Of a stretch of DNA of 64,000 bases, positions 39,001 to 48,507 are shown piece after piece. The translations under genes and the position numbers were made by a program. This DNA comes from a virus. The notes below the pieces were generated by a model. It made no database searches and had not been told where the DNA came from. It was given only the letters and a program-made list of their open reading frames with translations. The DNA lies in IMG/VR virus record IMGVR_UViG_3300042887_005324, positions 110,042 to 174,041 of that record. The stretch is one strand, 5' to 3'. The stretch's first letter is position 1. Every line of letters begins with the position of its first letter.

Positions 39001-40359
39001 GTCAAACTTATCTAAAGACTGTTCGAAAGCATAATCTGAATTAATATAATATTCACCATCAGTTTTAATTATGTTATGATAAACACCACCTATCTCAATC
39101 ATCCAAACATCTGCATCATCGAAATTTTCAATGTTAAAAACAGTTCCATCATAGAATTTTAATGAATTTACACCTAATGAACTTGATATAGAAACTAAAT
39201 TTTGATTTAGCTCAGATTGTCTTCCAGCTAATCTAATATTACTAATTATTTTATACTTTGTTAGAGTAGGAGTAACTGACTCTTCAACAAATGAATTCGG
39301 TGAAACTTGTACAGGTTGAGTACTAGTTGTTTGAAATTCTAAAAACTTCTCCAGTTTGTAAAAATCACCAGCAATTTCAACATAAATAATTTTGTCGTCT
39401 GGTAAAATTTCATTAAATGGATATATTTCACTTTGACTATAAAGTAGATTATACTGATCTATAATAACATCGGGTTTCAGGCTTGGAAGAGTGTAAGGAG
39501 CAACATACTTAACGAATTCTAAACTATCTAAATAAAATCCTAAGTATCTATTAAGCGACCACTTTCTAATCGAAGTAGGACTTGCTGGCGTGTCATCAAA
39601 TAAAAAACTGAAGTTTATTATATGTGGAAAAACTAACTTATTGTTCTTAAAGTTATCAAATACAAATTTTTCAAAATCATGAAATGTTTGCTCATACTGT
39701 AAAGTTGATTCTAAAAGAAAAGACTTTTCGCTATAACCACCATCTTCATAATCAATACCAAAGAAGGAAGAAAACTCTAACTTTCTAAAATCCATATATA
39801 CAGGACCAACCGGATAAGATTTATTTTTAGTAATATTAGTATCAAGCCATTCACCAAGTGGTGAATTCCTCGTAAGGTCAAAAATCTTAACACACTTTAA
39901 TTTTTTAATGATTTCTTCTTTGAAGTTATCTTTATTAATTGTTGTTAGTCCTGGACCATCGATTCTGAATATTATAAAGTTAGTTGGTAGGTTATTTTTA
40001 TAAATATAAAGTGGTGCAAAATACTCATACTCTTCACTATAATCTTTATTTTCTATAATGTTCCTTGCACCATACTGGTACAAGTCATCATACTGATTAG
40101 AAAAGTCAGTATACATATTATCACTATCATTATCATATTTTATATGAAAAGCGATATCATAAGGAGTGTCTCTAAAGAAATAAGGTACGATTTCATCCCA
40201 ATAGTTATTCTTATTGAATTGCATCTTTCTATATTTAGTAGAAGATAATTCAGTATTTGATATGATAGCATCACAATATAAGCTATAAGTACTACCTACA
40301 ACCAATTTAACATTCGTTGTTAGACCAACATTAGTTCGAAGTATTGCGTGACTCTTCAT
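36052..40359 (-). CDS. large structural protein with CBM5/12-like repeats (1435 aa)
   Basis: Three W-x5-Y-x3-D-x-V-x-Y-x4-Y...P...W-like modules; coupled to neighbours. Confidence 0.55.
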   Translation of the reverse strand: MKSHAILRTNVGLTTNVKLVVGSTYSLYCDAIISNTELSSTKYRKMQFNKNNYWDEIVPYFFRDTPYDIAFHIKYDNDSDNMYTDFSNQYDDLYQYGARNIIENKDYSEEYEYFAPLYIYKNNLPTNFIIFRIDGPGLTTINKDNFKEEIIKKLKCVKIFDLTRNSPLGEWLDTNITKNKSYPVGPVYMDFRKLEFSSFFGIDYEDGGYSEKSFLLESTLQYEQTFHDFEKFVFDNFKNNKLVFPHIINFSFLFDDTPASPTSIRKWSLNRYLGFYLDSLEFVKYVAPYTLPSLKPDVIIDQYNLLYSQSEIYPFNEILPDDKIIYVEIAGDFYKLEKFLEFQTTSTQPVQVSPNSFVEESVTPTLTKYKIISNIRLAGRQSELNQNLVSISSSLGVNSLKFYDGTVFNIENFDDADVWMIEIGGVYHNIIKTDGEYYINSDYAFEQSLDKFDYYVNDPDPNYRKSISLIVDAENDIKKFGIYKLKFSDIKDFDLDIIDTQFSKHEYIKKDQLTFTDETKMYSVNQQSNSFPKTFDDFKINGKVVNIPASSEYTANGETFQILDDELTTLWRKNAERVKWGYQNSISSNDYPYLLNNSFAAEDFNRTTNPYDPVPSRVERNLDYFLTIDPESNDFTHHSLHVIDDQEITFLDIVTYSSTQIKITGISSPGSFGARDQIQIIQNEGYTNGNYNTYSFVNSMIFENGGYSIIAKVTPSGPNDSPVGGKLVNTARSCFNVEKYLNYFSYDQDYFSYFFGKRMSFDSGNDIVNSKKWSYFNTGDNYTPNTTLFRGLKFNLYDVDGIKITDGKIDAINIKSNNNYDGYKFSILLSKNNFTVRSSESNLNTGQLTFRGSTSLVPKIIEEWKHDKLYLKNDWVLFNNTIYECQSTTSQITDPNIFPYNSSDWVIEGTITIFWSPTRDGSNESSANNMFTVPSNSAFGGTNGDFPPLVYNEGEYYYSSCASGCNFWTPNTTYNQDDTILYKNKIWKANKPTSQPPVTGNSYVDENSNITQYWSESPDSLSLWTLVSLWDSTKDYNLSSSWSLNFVFGHYVIYEDIVYLTTSQTTQIGVIPPLDPNWKRFYSMVPDTNYSYTTGIAKNSIIFMNNRFYYIASQGSLENGICIYINKKYKNVLVNIFIDDNTYIKYIISAGAAQTVSDEISRTNRDDLYNDMFSKLTAQNFMSSLNDLTNKYGFSDLVKYVIVNEDSSLNIYDFNNLNSIGSLPVLLTCEGPDELLTYIKSNEVEPVSLSKSEIKIKRQLDDGDINSLSQLNHFSDKNLGVKIKKKTTEPLKIPNYSGLENEIYNRLYRHSGYYSPIFNDIPLFKAPSLTQSFGNYLFDTELTAFGQIRERIVSKVNRSQNILKLKNNPDKKSVYPMVDEFGYHVVDFFIFKSTWDYEYHYECVEVPQVEPAIANKSLIFKLPQTGSNSSNNKLL

Positions 40360-43300
40360 TATCTATTTGAGATTAATTGTGTTGGTGTAGAAGCTATTGT
40401 TTTCTTCAAAGCTACTTTAGCTCTATTTATATTGAATCTAACTGTGAAAACAAATGGTCTATTATCTACCTCATTCTCTAACAAGAATTTTAGTTTCTTA
40501 ATATGTCTTACTGTTGTAGTCGATCCATTCAAGTTGACATATTGATAGTTTAGTCCACTTGTTGATGGGTCTAAAGAGTTCATTTTGAAATAGATATTGA
40601 TTGGAATATCAATATCATTCTGTTCCCCACCACTAATCGATTTAGTTTTCTCAAAATTAGTTTCTTGTATTTTATCAAAACCTTGAATTTGTGGATGCAC
40701 TGAAGTAAGCAACTTTGTTGTAGACGCAACACTAACATTCGTATCGATCCATTTAGCTGGATCTAATAAAGAATTATTATTACCAATAAACGATAGAATT
40801 GAATTTTCAGAATAACCCATGTTATATTCATTAGATGATAAAACATTTGTAATTGAGTTCTTACCAGCTGTAGTAAAGTTGTTACCAATATTATCAGCTA
40901 ATTTAGTCAAAGTAGTTTGATTTACTGAATCAAAATTGACAGCCCATATAAACTGATTATCTTTTTGAGTTCTTGTAGTGCCAGTTGAGTTATCTATAAC
41001 TAGTTCATTTAACTGGTTAACCCAGAAAACTTGTGGACTACTTGTGTTATAAACATCTGAGTTAGAAGTTGAAGCATATGTTCTATTTGATAAAAGACCA
41101 AGTGGACTCTCAACTGATTTATTTCTTATCTTTAATAAGAAATCTTTAACTACATAAATGTTGTTTTGATAAACACGACCAGTTGGTACACCAGCAGCAG
41201 TAAAATTATCTAAGTAATCCTCACACTCAACAAAGAATGTCATCTCAGCACCGTTTTTAACAACAAACTGTTCATTATTTCTGAAAATGACAACTTCAAG
41301 TTCACCTTTAGTTCTCTTGATTTTCTCTTCAAGTGATCTAACTCTAGTTTCAAGTTTATTTAGATATTGGAATAAATCAATGGCTATGCCGTTTTCATCT
41401 CTAAATCCAGATAATATCTTATCTGCTGAGTGATGATAAGTAACATTATTAAGTGTTAACTGTTCTGATAAATGCTCATCTAATCCTTTGGCTGATAAAT
41501 CATTTTGTACAGTAACTCTTAAATCTTCTTTAGTAGCCTCTTTTAATATGAAGTCATTCTCGTTAAGAACATTATTCAAGTCATCTGGAAACTCAACTGT
41601 AAGAGTCGAACTCCAATCTGACTCAACTGGTGACTCTGGCCATCCAACTTCAGAAATCGATTTAATTCTTATTTCTACTTTTTCACCAAATCTAATTGGA
41701 ATATCTAATTGATTAATATTTGGCGTATCAGCATTTGTAACATCTTCAATCTGCCATAAATATTCATTTGTAGCCGCATTGAAAGTTCTTTTTCTAGCAT
41801 CTGTTTTGAATTCCTGCCAGTTTGAGAAGGCTCCAGATTTTGGTCCTTTAACAGCATCTGCTAATTTGAAAGTCTCTACTGGGGTTTCTTTACCATCTTT
41901 ACTTAAATATCTATATTGAACTCTAAATTGAACCACTTCCTGTGGTTTTGTACCTCTTGTTAAAACTGCTTCTGGCATAGACCAGAAACCTCGAACTCTA
42001 AAAACTGGTTGAACTTTTGTCTGAGGAGATTTAGATATATCAAGAATTTCTGTTGTAACAGATGATAAAAGTTTTGACTTAGATTCTTTGTTCTTATTCA
42101 ATAAGTCAATTTCGTTTGAAAATTGTTTCTTTTCTGACTCAGAAGTAAATCTTTTAACTTTTAATTGTTTATTCTTTTCAGATATAGCGTCTAAAAGTTG
42201 TTTAACTTCAGACTTCAAATTCTTTTGTTGATTGTGTTTATTTTTAATTAAATTTGAATCAGGTGTATCTGTTAAATGTTTATTTACTTGTACAACTTTG
42301 AAGTTTTCCAAATTTAATGTCACACCGTTTGGTGTACCAGCTAACTTAGTTGGTGTCTTTTTTGCAACTAAATCTTGTAAAACATCTCCATAATCATAAA
42401 CAGTATCAATATAAAACTGTTCCATTGAGATACCAGATTCTAATTCTCTCAAATCATTTGTCCAATAACCTAATCCAGGACTCCAATTTTTAGACAAGAT
42501 GTAGTTGTCCATATTTAGTGCTTTAACAAAAACAACATTTCTTTCGTTATAACCAACACTAACAGACACTTTTTTATTGTAAAGAACCGGAGAGTAAATC
42601 TTCAAAGTTTGAACACCAACTGGTATTGGTTCGTTACCCTCGACTCTCTCAAATCTTAATCTTGGATTTGAAGTAAGAGTCGATATCTCGAGTATTTTAT
42701 ATCTTGTTGTTGATAAAGGTGTATTTATAATAAGTTCGTTATTAACAGCTAACTGTCTGGTTTCTTGAGTTTGAACACCATTCACAACAGTATTTCTGAT
42801 ATAATTAAGTGTATTAACATGATACCATAACTTTCTATTAAGTGTATCTTCTTCAATTCTTATAACTGTGAAAGCACCATCATACTGTAAAACATTTGGT
42901 TCTAAGTCAAACATCTGCTCGTCATAGTTAGGGTTAAGAGGTTCAATCAAACCTGGTGTATTTTGATGCCAAGTTTCATATTCTTCAACTGTAAATCCAG
43001 ATTTATTTCTAAATAAATTATTGAAAGAATTAAGAGCTGACTGACCAAGTGGTGTGAAAGCACCTGTAGAATCTTGAGCAAACTCAGGTATGTATCTTCT
43101 ACATAAAACTTTTCTAACATTATCCTCGACTTGACCAGATAAATCTAATTCAACGAAAATTTGAGGATTCAACATAGAATCAAAAAACCAATTTCGTTTA
43201 GTAACAAAATTAGTCACCGGAGTCAAATTAGCGATATCATTTGGTTCTTTGTTTAAATCGACCGTTACAATTTTTCTAAACTTCGTTCCATTTGTTGGTT

Positions 43301-43556
43301 GAATTAAAGCTCCAGCATCGTTAATACTATAAATAGAGTTAATGTTATTATTTAACCTATCAATCTCAGATTTTAGAAAACCAAAAGATGGTAAGTTAAA
43401 TTGTCTTACAACACCGGTTGTATCTGTTACATTTACTGTAACTGATGGATCAGTCGATGTGACCAATTGATTAATTTTTGAAAGTAAATCAACAACATTA
43501 TTATTGAAATTTATTACTTGCTCTGCTACTGTATTATAAGAACTTTGAACTCCCAT
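40359..43556 (-). CDS. large putative structural protein with coiled coils (1065 aa)
   Basis: Long ORF with two coiled-coil segments; TAATATATA at 43578-43586. Confidence 0.55.
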   Translation of the reverse strand: MGVQSSYNTVAEQVINFNNNVVDLLSKINQLVTSTDPSVTVNVTDTTGVVRQFNLPSFGFLKSEIDRLNNNINSIYSINDAGALIQPTNGTKFRKIVTVDLNKEPNDIANLTPVTNFVTKRNWFFDSMLNPQIFVELDLSGQVEDNVRKVLCRRYIPEFAQDSTGAFTPLGQSALNSFNNLFRNKSGFTVEEYETWHQNTPGLIEPLNPNYDEQMFDLEPNVLQYDGAFTVIRIEEDTLNRKLWYHVNTLNYIRNTVVNGVQTQETRQLAVNNELIINTPLSTTRYKILEISTLTSNPRLRFERVEGNEPIPVGVQTLKIYSPVLYNKKVSVSVGYNERNVVFVKALNMDNYILSKNWSPGLGYWTNDLRELESGISMEQFYIDTVYDYGDVLQDLVAKKTPTKLAGTPNGVTLNLENFKVVQVNKHLTDTPDSNLIKNKHNQQKNLKSEVKQLLDAISEKNKQLKVKRFTSESEKKQFSNEIDLLNKNKESKSKLLSSVTTEILDISKSPQTKVQPVFRVRGFWSMPEAVLTRGTKPQEVVQFRVQYRYLSKDGKETPVETFKLADAVKGPKSGAFSNWQEFKTDARKRTFNAATNEYLWQIEDVTNADTPNINQLDIPIRFGEKVEIRIKSISEVGWPESPVESDWSSTLTVEFPDDLNNVLNENDFILKEATKEDLRVTVQNDLSAKGLDEHLSEQLTLNNVTYHHSADKILSGFRDENGIAIDLFQYLNKLETRVRSLEEKIKRTKGELEVVIFRNNEQFVVKNGAEMTFFVECEDYLDNFTAAGVPTGRVYQNNIYVVKDFLLKIRNKSVESPLGLLSNRTYASTSNSDVYNTSSPQVFWVNQLNELVIDNSTGTTRTQKDNQFIWAVNFDSVNQTTLTKLADNIGNNFTTAGKNSITNVLSSNEYNMGYSENSILSFIGNNNSLLDPAKWIDTNVSVASTTKLLTSVHPQIQGFDKIQETNFEKTKSISGGEQNDIDIPINIYFKMNSLDPSTSGLNYQYVNLNGSTTTVRHIKKLKFLLENEVDNRPFVFTVRFNINRAKVALKKTIASTPTQLISNR

Positions 43557-43637
43557 TTTAGAGGATATATTTTTGTTTATATATTAATTATTTTAGTGTT
43601 CTCATTTATTATTTAGTAATGATAAAGAGATTTGAGA

Positions 43638-45518
43638 CTAAATAGACAAAATAGAACTGTTTGACAAAACATTAAAATTATACTCTACCTTTTTGTCAAA
43701 TTCAAAAATATAATTTACAAATCCCTCATCATCACCAAATCTACTTTCAACAACTAATGGATTTAGAGGATTAGAATTATATGCCCAATCTTCTAAACCA
43801 AGTTCAACGAATCTATTTTTAATAGACTCATTATAGTGATTACTAATGGTTCGAACTCTTCTTTGTATATCTTTTCTTGTAAGATTTTGAGTATTAGAGT
43901 TGTGATAATATTGTAAGTACAACATCTTAGGTATTTTGACCATTTTTGTATGTAAAAATGTACGAACAATCAGTTCATAGTCATCAACGATAGTAAGTCT
44001 TCTGTTGTGCCCACCAATAGATAAATAGAATGACTTTTCCCAAGCTCTAAAGTGATTTGGAACTCCTACAATATGTCTAATAGTTTTAGGGTTAATATTA
44101 GCACAATCTACTGAATTGTATTTTCTACCAGCATAGTATTCTTCTTTATATTTACCATATCCAAATGAAAAGTTATCACCATAATTGAGTGAATTATGTT
44201 GCTCATCTATTTCAGCACAATTTGAATAAACAAATTTAGCGTCTGGATATTCTTTGAATGCTTTTACCATTAGACTTAAAGCTTCTGGTAATAAAAAGTC
44301 ATCGTGATCAAGTTCCATAATATACTTACCACGAGATAAAGTAGCTGCTCTATATTTTGATTCACCAACAATACCTCCAGACTTTTTCTTAAATTCATAC
44401 ACACTAATTCTAGAATCTTTTTTAGACAACTCTTCAGCAATTCTTAAAGTTTTACCACCATCGTTTGAATCATTGACTAATACCCACTCCCAATTTGTAT
44501 AATTCTGACTTCTCATACTTTCATATGTTCTCAGTAATTTTTCACCAATGTTATAGATAGGAGTAAAAACACTGACAAGTGGAGTCTCATCATTTGATGA
44601 ATTTAATATGTAATTCATTGCACAGAAATAAGAAGATTCACCAGTTTTCTCTTCTATCTCATTAAAGTGTAACCATCTACCTCTAACATCTAGGCAATGA
44701 TGACTGAGTTTCGGAAAGTTAGCGAAACTATCAGAAACAGTAATAATCGAATCAGGATTAAAATCTTGAATTACATTATCGATATTTTCATCAGTCAATA
44801 CCGATAGTGTATTGAGTTCGGTTGATTCATAATCGACTATAAACCTTGAGTTTAAATTTACATCACTATTTGTACCAACTATAAGAATTCTTGGTAAAGA
44901 ATTTAATTTTCTCTTTTCTATAAAGTTATAATAACAAAGGACTTTTTCTATAAAGAAAAAATCTTCATTATTCTCATTGTACAGTTTTTCAATAAAGTTA
45001 CCGTCAGCAATATACTTCATTGGTTCTAATCTAGATTTTCCTATTAAATCTCTTCTTAATAGAAATTGAGCCATATCTATATGTTGAACTCTGGTATTTT
45101 CCGGTTTTGCTTCTCTTATATCAAGTCCTGTGAAATCTTTACCTCCAATCTTTTGACTAAAAATAAATCCTCTTTTTTCTGGATTTTTCTCAATAGATTG
45201 GTAAATAGTGTCATAAAAGTCTTCGTGAATTATATTATCATCGTCTAAAACATAAACAAATCCTTCTTCAATTTGTTCTAAACAAGCATTGATCATTAAA
45301 TGTCCATGATCACCAGGAACACTTTTAATGAATTTGATTATGACTTCCTTATTATATAATTCAGTAAGTAAATCTGAATTTATATCACTAAGTGAATTTG
45401 TGTCAAATACAACAAACCAATTTATTTTGAATTTTTCAGACTTACTATAAATTGATTCTTTAACTTTTGATAGATTTTCGGGTCTTGAACATCTTGTGAT
45501 AATGTTAATAATATTCAT
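43638..45518 (-). CDS. tandem GT2-family glycosyltransferase
   Basis: Two GT-A domains: IITRCSR...YVLDDDNII and VSVFTPIYN...VNDSND...ELDHDD...DDYEL. Confidence 0.88.
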   Translation of the reverse strand: MNIINIITRCSRPENLSKVKESIYSKSEKFKINWFVVFDTNSLSDINSDLLTELYNKEVIIKFIKSVPGDHGHLMINACLEQIEEGFVYVLDDDNIIHEDFYDTIYQSIEKNPEKRGFIFSQKIGGKDFTGLDIREAKPENTRVQHIDMAQFLLRRDLIGKSRLEPMKYIADGNFIEKLYNENNEDFFFIEKVLCYYNFIEKRKLNSLPRILIVGTNSDVNLNSRFIVDYESTELNTLSVLTDENIDNVIQDFNPDSIITVSDSFANFPKLSHHCLDVRGRWLHFNEIEEKTGESSYFCAMNYILNSSNDETPLVSVFTPIYNIGEKLLRTYESMRSQNYTNWEWVLVNDSNDGGKTLRIAEELSKKDSRISVYEFKKKSGGIVGESKYRAATLSRGKYIMELDHDDFLLPEALSLMVKAFKEYPDAKFVYSNCAEIDEQHNSLNYGDNFSFGYGKYKEEYYAGRKYNSVDCANINPKTIRHIVGVPNHFRAWEKSFYLSIGGHNRRLTIVDDYELIVRTFLHTKMVKIPKMLYLQYYHNSNTQNLTRKDIQRRVRTISNHYNESIKNRFVELGLEDWAYNSNPLNPLVVESRFGDDEGFVNYIFEFDKKVEYNFNVLSNSSILSI

Positions 45519-45591
45519 TATTATTTGATTACTTTTTTTTATTTTATACAAATTGACATTGAATGTTGAATTTTATCTTATATTTGTAATA

Positions 45592-45885
45592 ATGACAGAT
45601 TTAGAAAAAATATTAGATTCCAATCCTCAACTCTATAGTATTTCAGATTCACTTATCTGTGAAATTTGTGAAGAAATATTTAAAATTAGATTAAATTATG
45701 ACAAGACTTTTGTAGATAACGGAATGGACGAATTAGACTCTATTGGGCTAGTAATGCAAATTGAAAAAAGATTGAACATTTCAATACCGGATGAAGTCAT
45801 TGAACTGATATTCAATCTTGAAGAAAAACCTATTAGATTTACTCAAATTATTAGAAATAAAAAAATAGAAAATTTAGGTATTTAA
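45592..45885 (+). CDS. acyl-carrier-protein-like protein lacking the canonical phosphopantetheine Ser
   Basis: DNGMDELDSIGLVMQIEKRLNISIPDE versus ACP DLGxDSLDxVELVMxLExxFxIxIPDE; TATATTTG at 45579. Confidence 0.72.
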   Translation: MTDLEKILDSNPQLYSISDSLICEICEEIFKIRLNYDKTFVDNGMDELDSIGLVMQIEKRLNISIPDEVIELIFNLEEKPIRFTQIIRNKKIENLGI

Positions 45886-45910
45886 ACTTGTTTTTTTAAG
45901 AAAAATCACT

Positions 45911-45918
45911 TATATTTG
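45911..45918 (+). promoter_or_regulatory. Bacteroidota sigma-A promoter of ligase
   Basis: TTG...20 nt...TATATTTG, 5 nt before ATG. Confidence 0.6.
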
Positions 45919-45923
45919 TAAAT

Positions 45924-47762
45924 ATGATTAAACAATTAATTGAAAACATAACAAAAGCTAACGAAGCCTATCGAGTTGGTAGTCCAATAATGTCAGATCA
46001 AGATTATGATATTTTAATTGATAAACTACAATCAATCGATCCTAATAATGACTTACTAAAATCAGTTGGTCACAAAATACAAGACGATTCCCGAAAAAGA
46101 AAGTTGCCAATTCCTATGGCTTCTATGAATAAAGTAAAAACCATAGATGAAATAAATGATTGGGTAAGATTAAAAATGATAAATCCTAATCAAACTGTTG
46201 TAATTACTCCTAAATACGATGGGTTGTCTCTTTGTGTAAACGAATTAACAAAAGAAGCTTGGACAAGAGGCGATGGTGAATTTGGACAGAAATCAGATAA
46301 TCACTATAAACTAATTGGTAATAAATTAGGTGAAGTACTTATGTATTCATTCAAATTTAACTTCACATTTGGTGAAGTTATGATGCCAAAGAAAGTATTT
46401 ACAGAAAAATATTCTCAAGAATTTGCTAACCCAAGAAATCTGGTTGCTGGTCTTCTTAATTCAAAAGAAGTTACCGAAGCCTTAAAAGATTGTGTCTATA
46501 TTAAATATGGAGCAGTAAGTGACTCTAAACATTTCTTTAATACAAAAAGTGAAATTCTTAAAGAGTTAAATGTTGGTCAAGTTATCAAAGTACCATTTGA
46601 AGTAATTCCAATTAATCAAATCACTTCTGATTTACTTAATAATCTATTCAAAGCTTGGTCTGAGGATTTTGAAATCGATGGTTTAATTTTAGAAATCGAT
46701 TATCTACCTACTCAGGAACAATTAGGTCGTGAGACATCATCTAACAATCCTTGTTTTGCAAGAGCATTTAAGTCTCCAGATTTTGAACAAACTGCAGAAA
46801 CTACAATAACTGGTATTACTTGGAACATTTCTAAGCAAGGTCTTCTTAAACCAACTCTTCATGTTGATCCAATAAAATTAGATGGTGTAACTATTTCTAA
46901 TGTAACTGGAAATAACGCAAGATTTGTAAAAGACCTTCAGTTAGGATCTGGTGCTAAAGTAAAAATCAAGAGAAGTGGTATGGTTATTCCAATTATCTAT
47001 GAAGTGATCGAAGGAGTCGACTTTCAAATGCCAAACATTCCAAACATTGATTGGAATGAAAATGGTGTAGAACTAATTACTCTTGAAGAAACAGATGATC
47101 AAAAGTTCAAACAATTGGTTTCTTTCTTTGAAATTCTTGAAACAGATAATTTTGGAGAAGGTGTAATTAAACAATTATGGGAAGCTGGTCATAAAACAGT
47201 TAAAGACATTTTATCATTAACACAATCTGACTTAGAACAAATTGATAGATTCGGTAAGAGAAAATCTCAAATAGTCTTGAAATCAATTAAACAAGCTACT
47301 ACTGATGTAAGTCTCTCTAAGCTTCAACATGCCACTGGATTATTCAAAGGTTTAGGTAGTAAAAAGTTAGCATTGTTAGAAGGTTTTAAAAATAAACCAA
47401 CAATCGATCAAATCTTAGAAATTGATGGTTTCGCTGAAATCTCAGCTCAGTCATATATTGATGGATATGATAATTTCTTCCAGTTTATTAGTGATTTACC
47501 AATCACAATTCAAGAAAAAGTTGAGTCAGTAAAGGTATCAAATGATTTAGATGGATTGAATTTTGTATTCACTGGCGTAAGAAGACAAGAGCTTGAGGTA
47601 ATTATTGAGTCTCGTGGTGGGAAGATTGGTAGTAGTGTAAGCAAAAACACAACACATCTTGTAATGAAATCAGTAGGTTCTGGTTCTTCAAAGGAAAAGA
47701 AAGCAATGGATCTTGGTGTAAAAATTATGACTGTTGAACAATTAGAGGAGTTATTAAAATAA
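45924..47762 (+). CDS. ligA: NAD-dependent DNA ligase
   Basis: Ia domain (Y...MSDQDYD), KYDG adenylation motif, TRGDG, NPRN, DG, OB domain, HhH, C-terminal BRCT. Confidence 0.95.
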   Translation: MIKQLIENITKANEAYRVGSPIMSDQDYDILIDKLQSIDPNNDLLKSVGHKIQDDSRKRKLPIPMASMNKVKTIDEINDWVRLKMINPNQTVVITPKYDGLSLCVNELTKEAWTRGDGEFGQKSDNHYKLIGNKLGEVLMYSFKFNFTFGEVMMPKKVFTEKYSQEFANPRNLVAGLLNSKEVTEALKDCVYIKYGAVSDSKHFFNTKSEILKELNVGQVIKVPFEVIPINQITSDLLNNLFKAWSEDFEIDGLILEIDYLPTQEQLGRETSSNNPCFARAFKSPDFEQTAETTITGITWNISKQGLLKPTLHVDPIKLDGVTISNVTGNNARFVKDLQLGSGAKVKIKRSGMVIPIIYEVIEGVDFQMPNIPNIDWNENGVELITLEETDDQKFKQLVSFFEILETDNFGEGVIKQLWEAGHKTVKDILSLTQSDLEQIDRFGKRKSQIVLKSIKQATTDVSLSKLQHATGLFKGLGSKKLALLEGFKNKPTIDQILEIDGFAEISAQSYIDGYDNFFQFISDLPITIQEKVESVKVSNDLDGLNFVFTGVRRQELEVIIESRGGKIGSSVSKNTTHLVMKSVGSGSSKEKKAMDLGVKIMTVEQLEELLK

Positions 47763-47774
47763 CTCATAAAAAAT

Positions 47775-47803
47775 TAAACTTTTAATATATATAATCATAT
47801 AAA
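47775..47803 (+). promoter_or_regulatory. putative autoregulatory promoter of phage sigma
   Basis: TAAACTTTT-14nt-TATAAA with an overlapping TAATATATA at 47783. Confidence 0.5.
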
Positions 47804-47895
47804 TTAAGTATATTTATATACATTAACGGCAATTAGAGAGAATTAAGAAATTGATATATTGATTATATATCAAAAAACAAAAATAAACGGCAATT

Positions 47896-48507
47896 ATGGC
47901 AGAAGAAAAAGAAAAAACAGTCACAACATTCTCAGAACATGAAATCATTTTCAGAGAAAGAACAGGAAATGATTTTACATTTTTTTACAAAAAGTATTAT
48001 CCAAAGTTAATCTACTACACACAAAAAATGTGTGGAGACTCACAAAAAGCAGAAGATGTCACAGTAGAATCTTTTATGACAGCTTTTGAAAAAATCGAAA
48101 AGTACGAAAAAGAAAAAGCTCAATTCTCAACTTGGCTATTCACTATTGCTCGTAATATAATGTTACAAGACATCAAATCAACTCGTAAAACAATTTCAAT
48201 CGATGTTGAATTAGACGAAGAAGGTACAACTCTTAAAGACTTCATCGAAGAAGAAGAAGATAATTCTCACCTTACAAATCTTAATATCAAAAAAGCTGAT
48301 ATTATGAAAAAACACATTTCTGAACTAAAAGAACCTTATAAATCAGTTATTGAAATGAGAGAAATTCAGAAAATGGCTTATAAAGATATCGCAGATAAAT
48401 TAGGAAAAAATTTATCCACGATAAAAAGCCAAATTCGTAACGGTCGAGCTATACTTATATCACAGACTCAAAAAGAATTTGACATTCTTGAGAATATGTA
48501 TTTATAA
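47896..48507 (+). CDS. ECF-type sigma-70 factor
   Basis: Region 2 (AEDVTVESF...FSTWLFTIARN) and region 4 HTH (YKDIADKLGKNLSTIKSQIRNGR). Confidence 0.9.
   Translation: MAEEKEKTVTTFSEHEIIFRERTGNDFTFFYKKYYPKLIYYTQKMCGDSQKAEDVTVESFMTAFEKIEKYEKEKAQFSTWLFTIARNIMLQDIKSTRKTISIDVELDEEGTTLKDFIEEEEDNSHLTNLNIKKADIMKKHISELKEPYKSVIEMREIQKMAYKDIADKLGKNLSTIKSQIRNGRAILISQTQKEFDILENMYL

Noticed and set aside
14539-47767. Short antisense ORFs inside well-supported genes (e.g. 14539-14835, 25896-26129, 33909-34271, 47510-47767)
   Set aside because: Fully overlap conserved genes on the opposite strand and show no recognisable motifs
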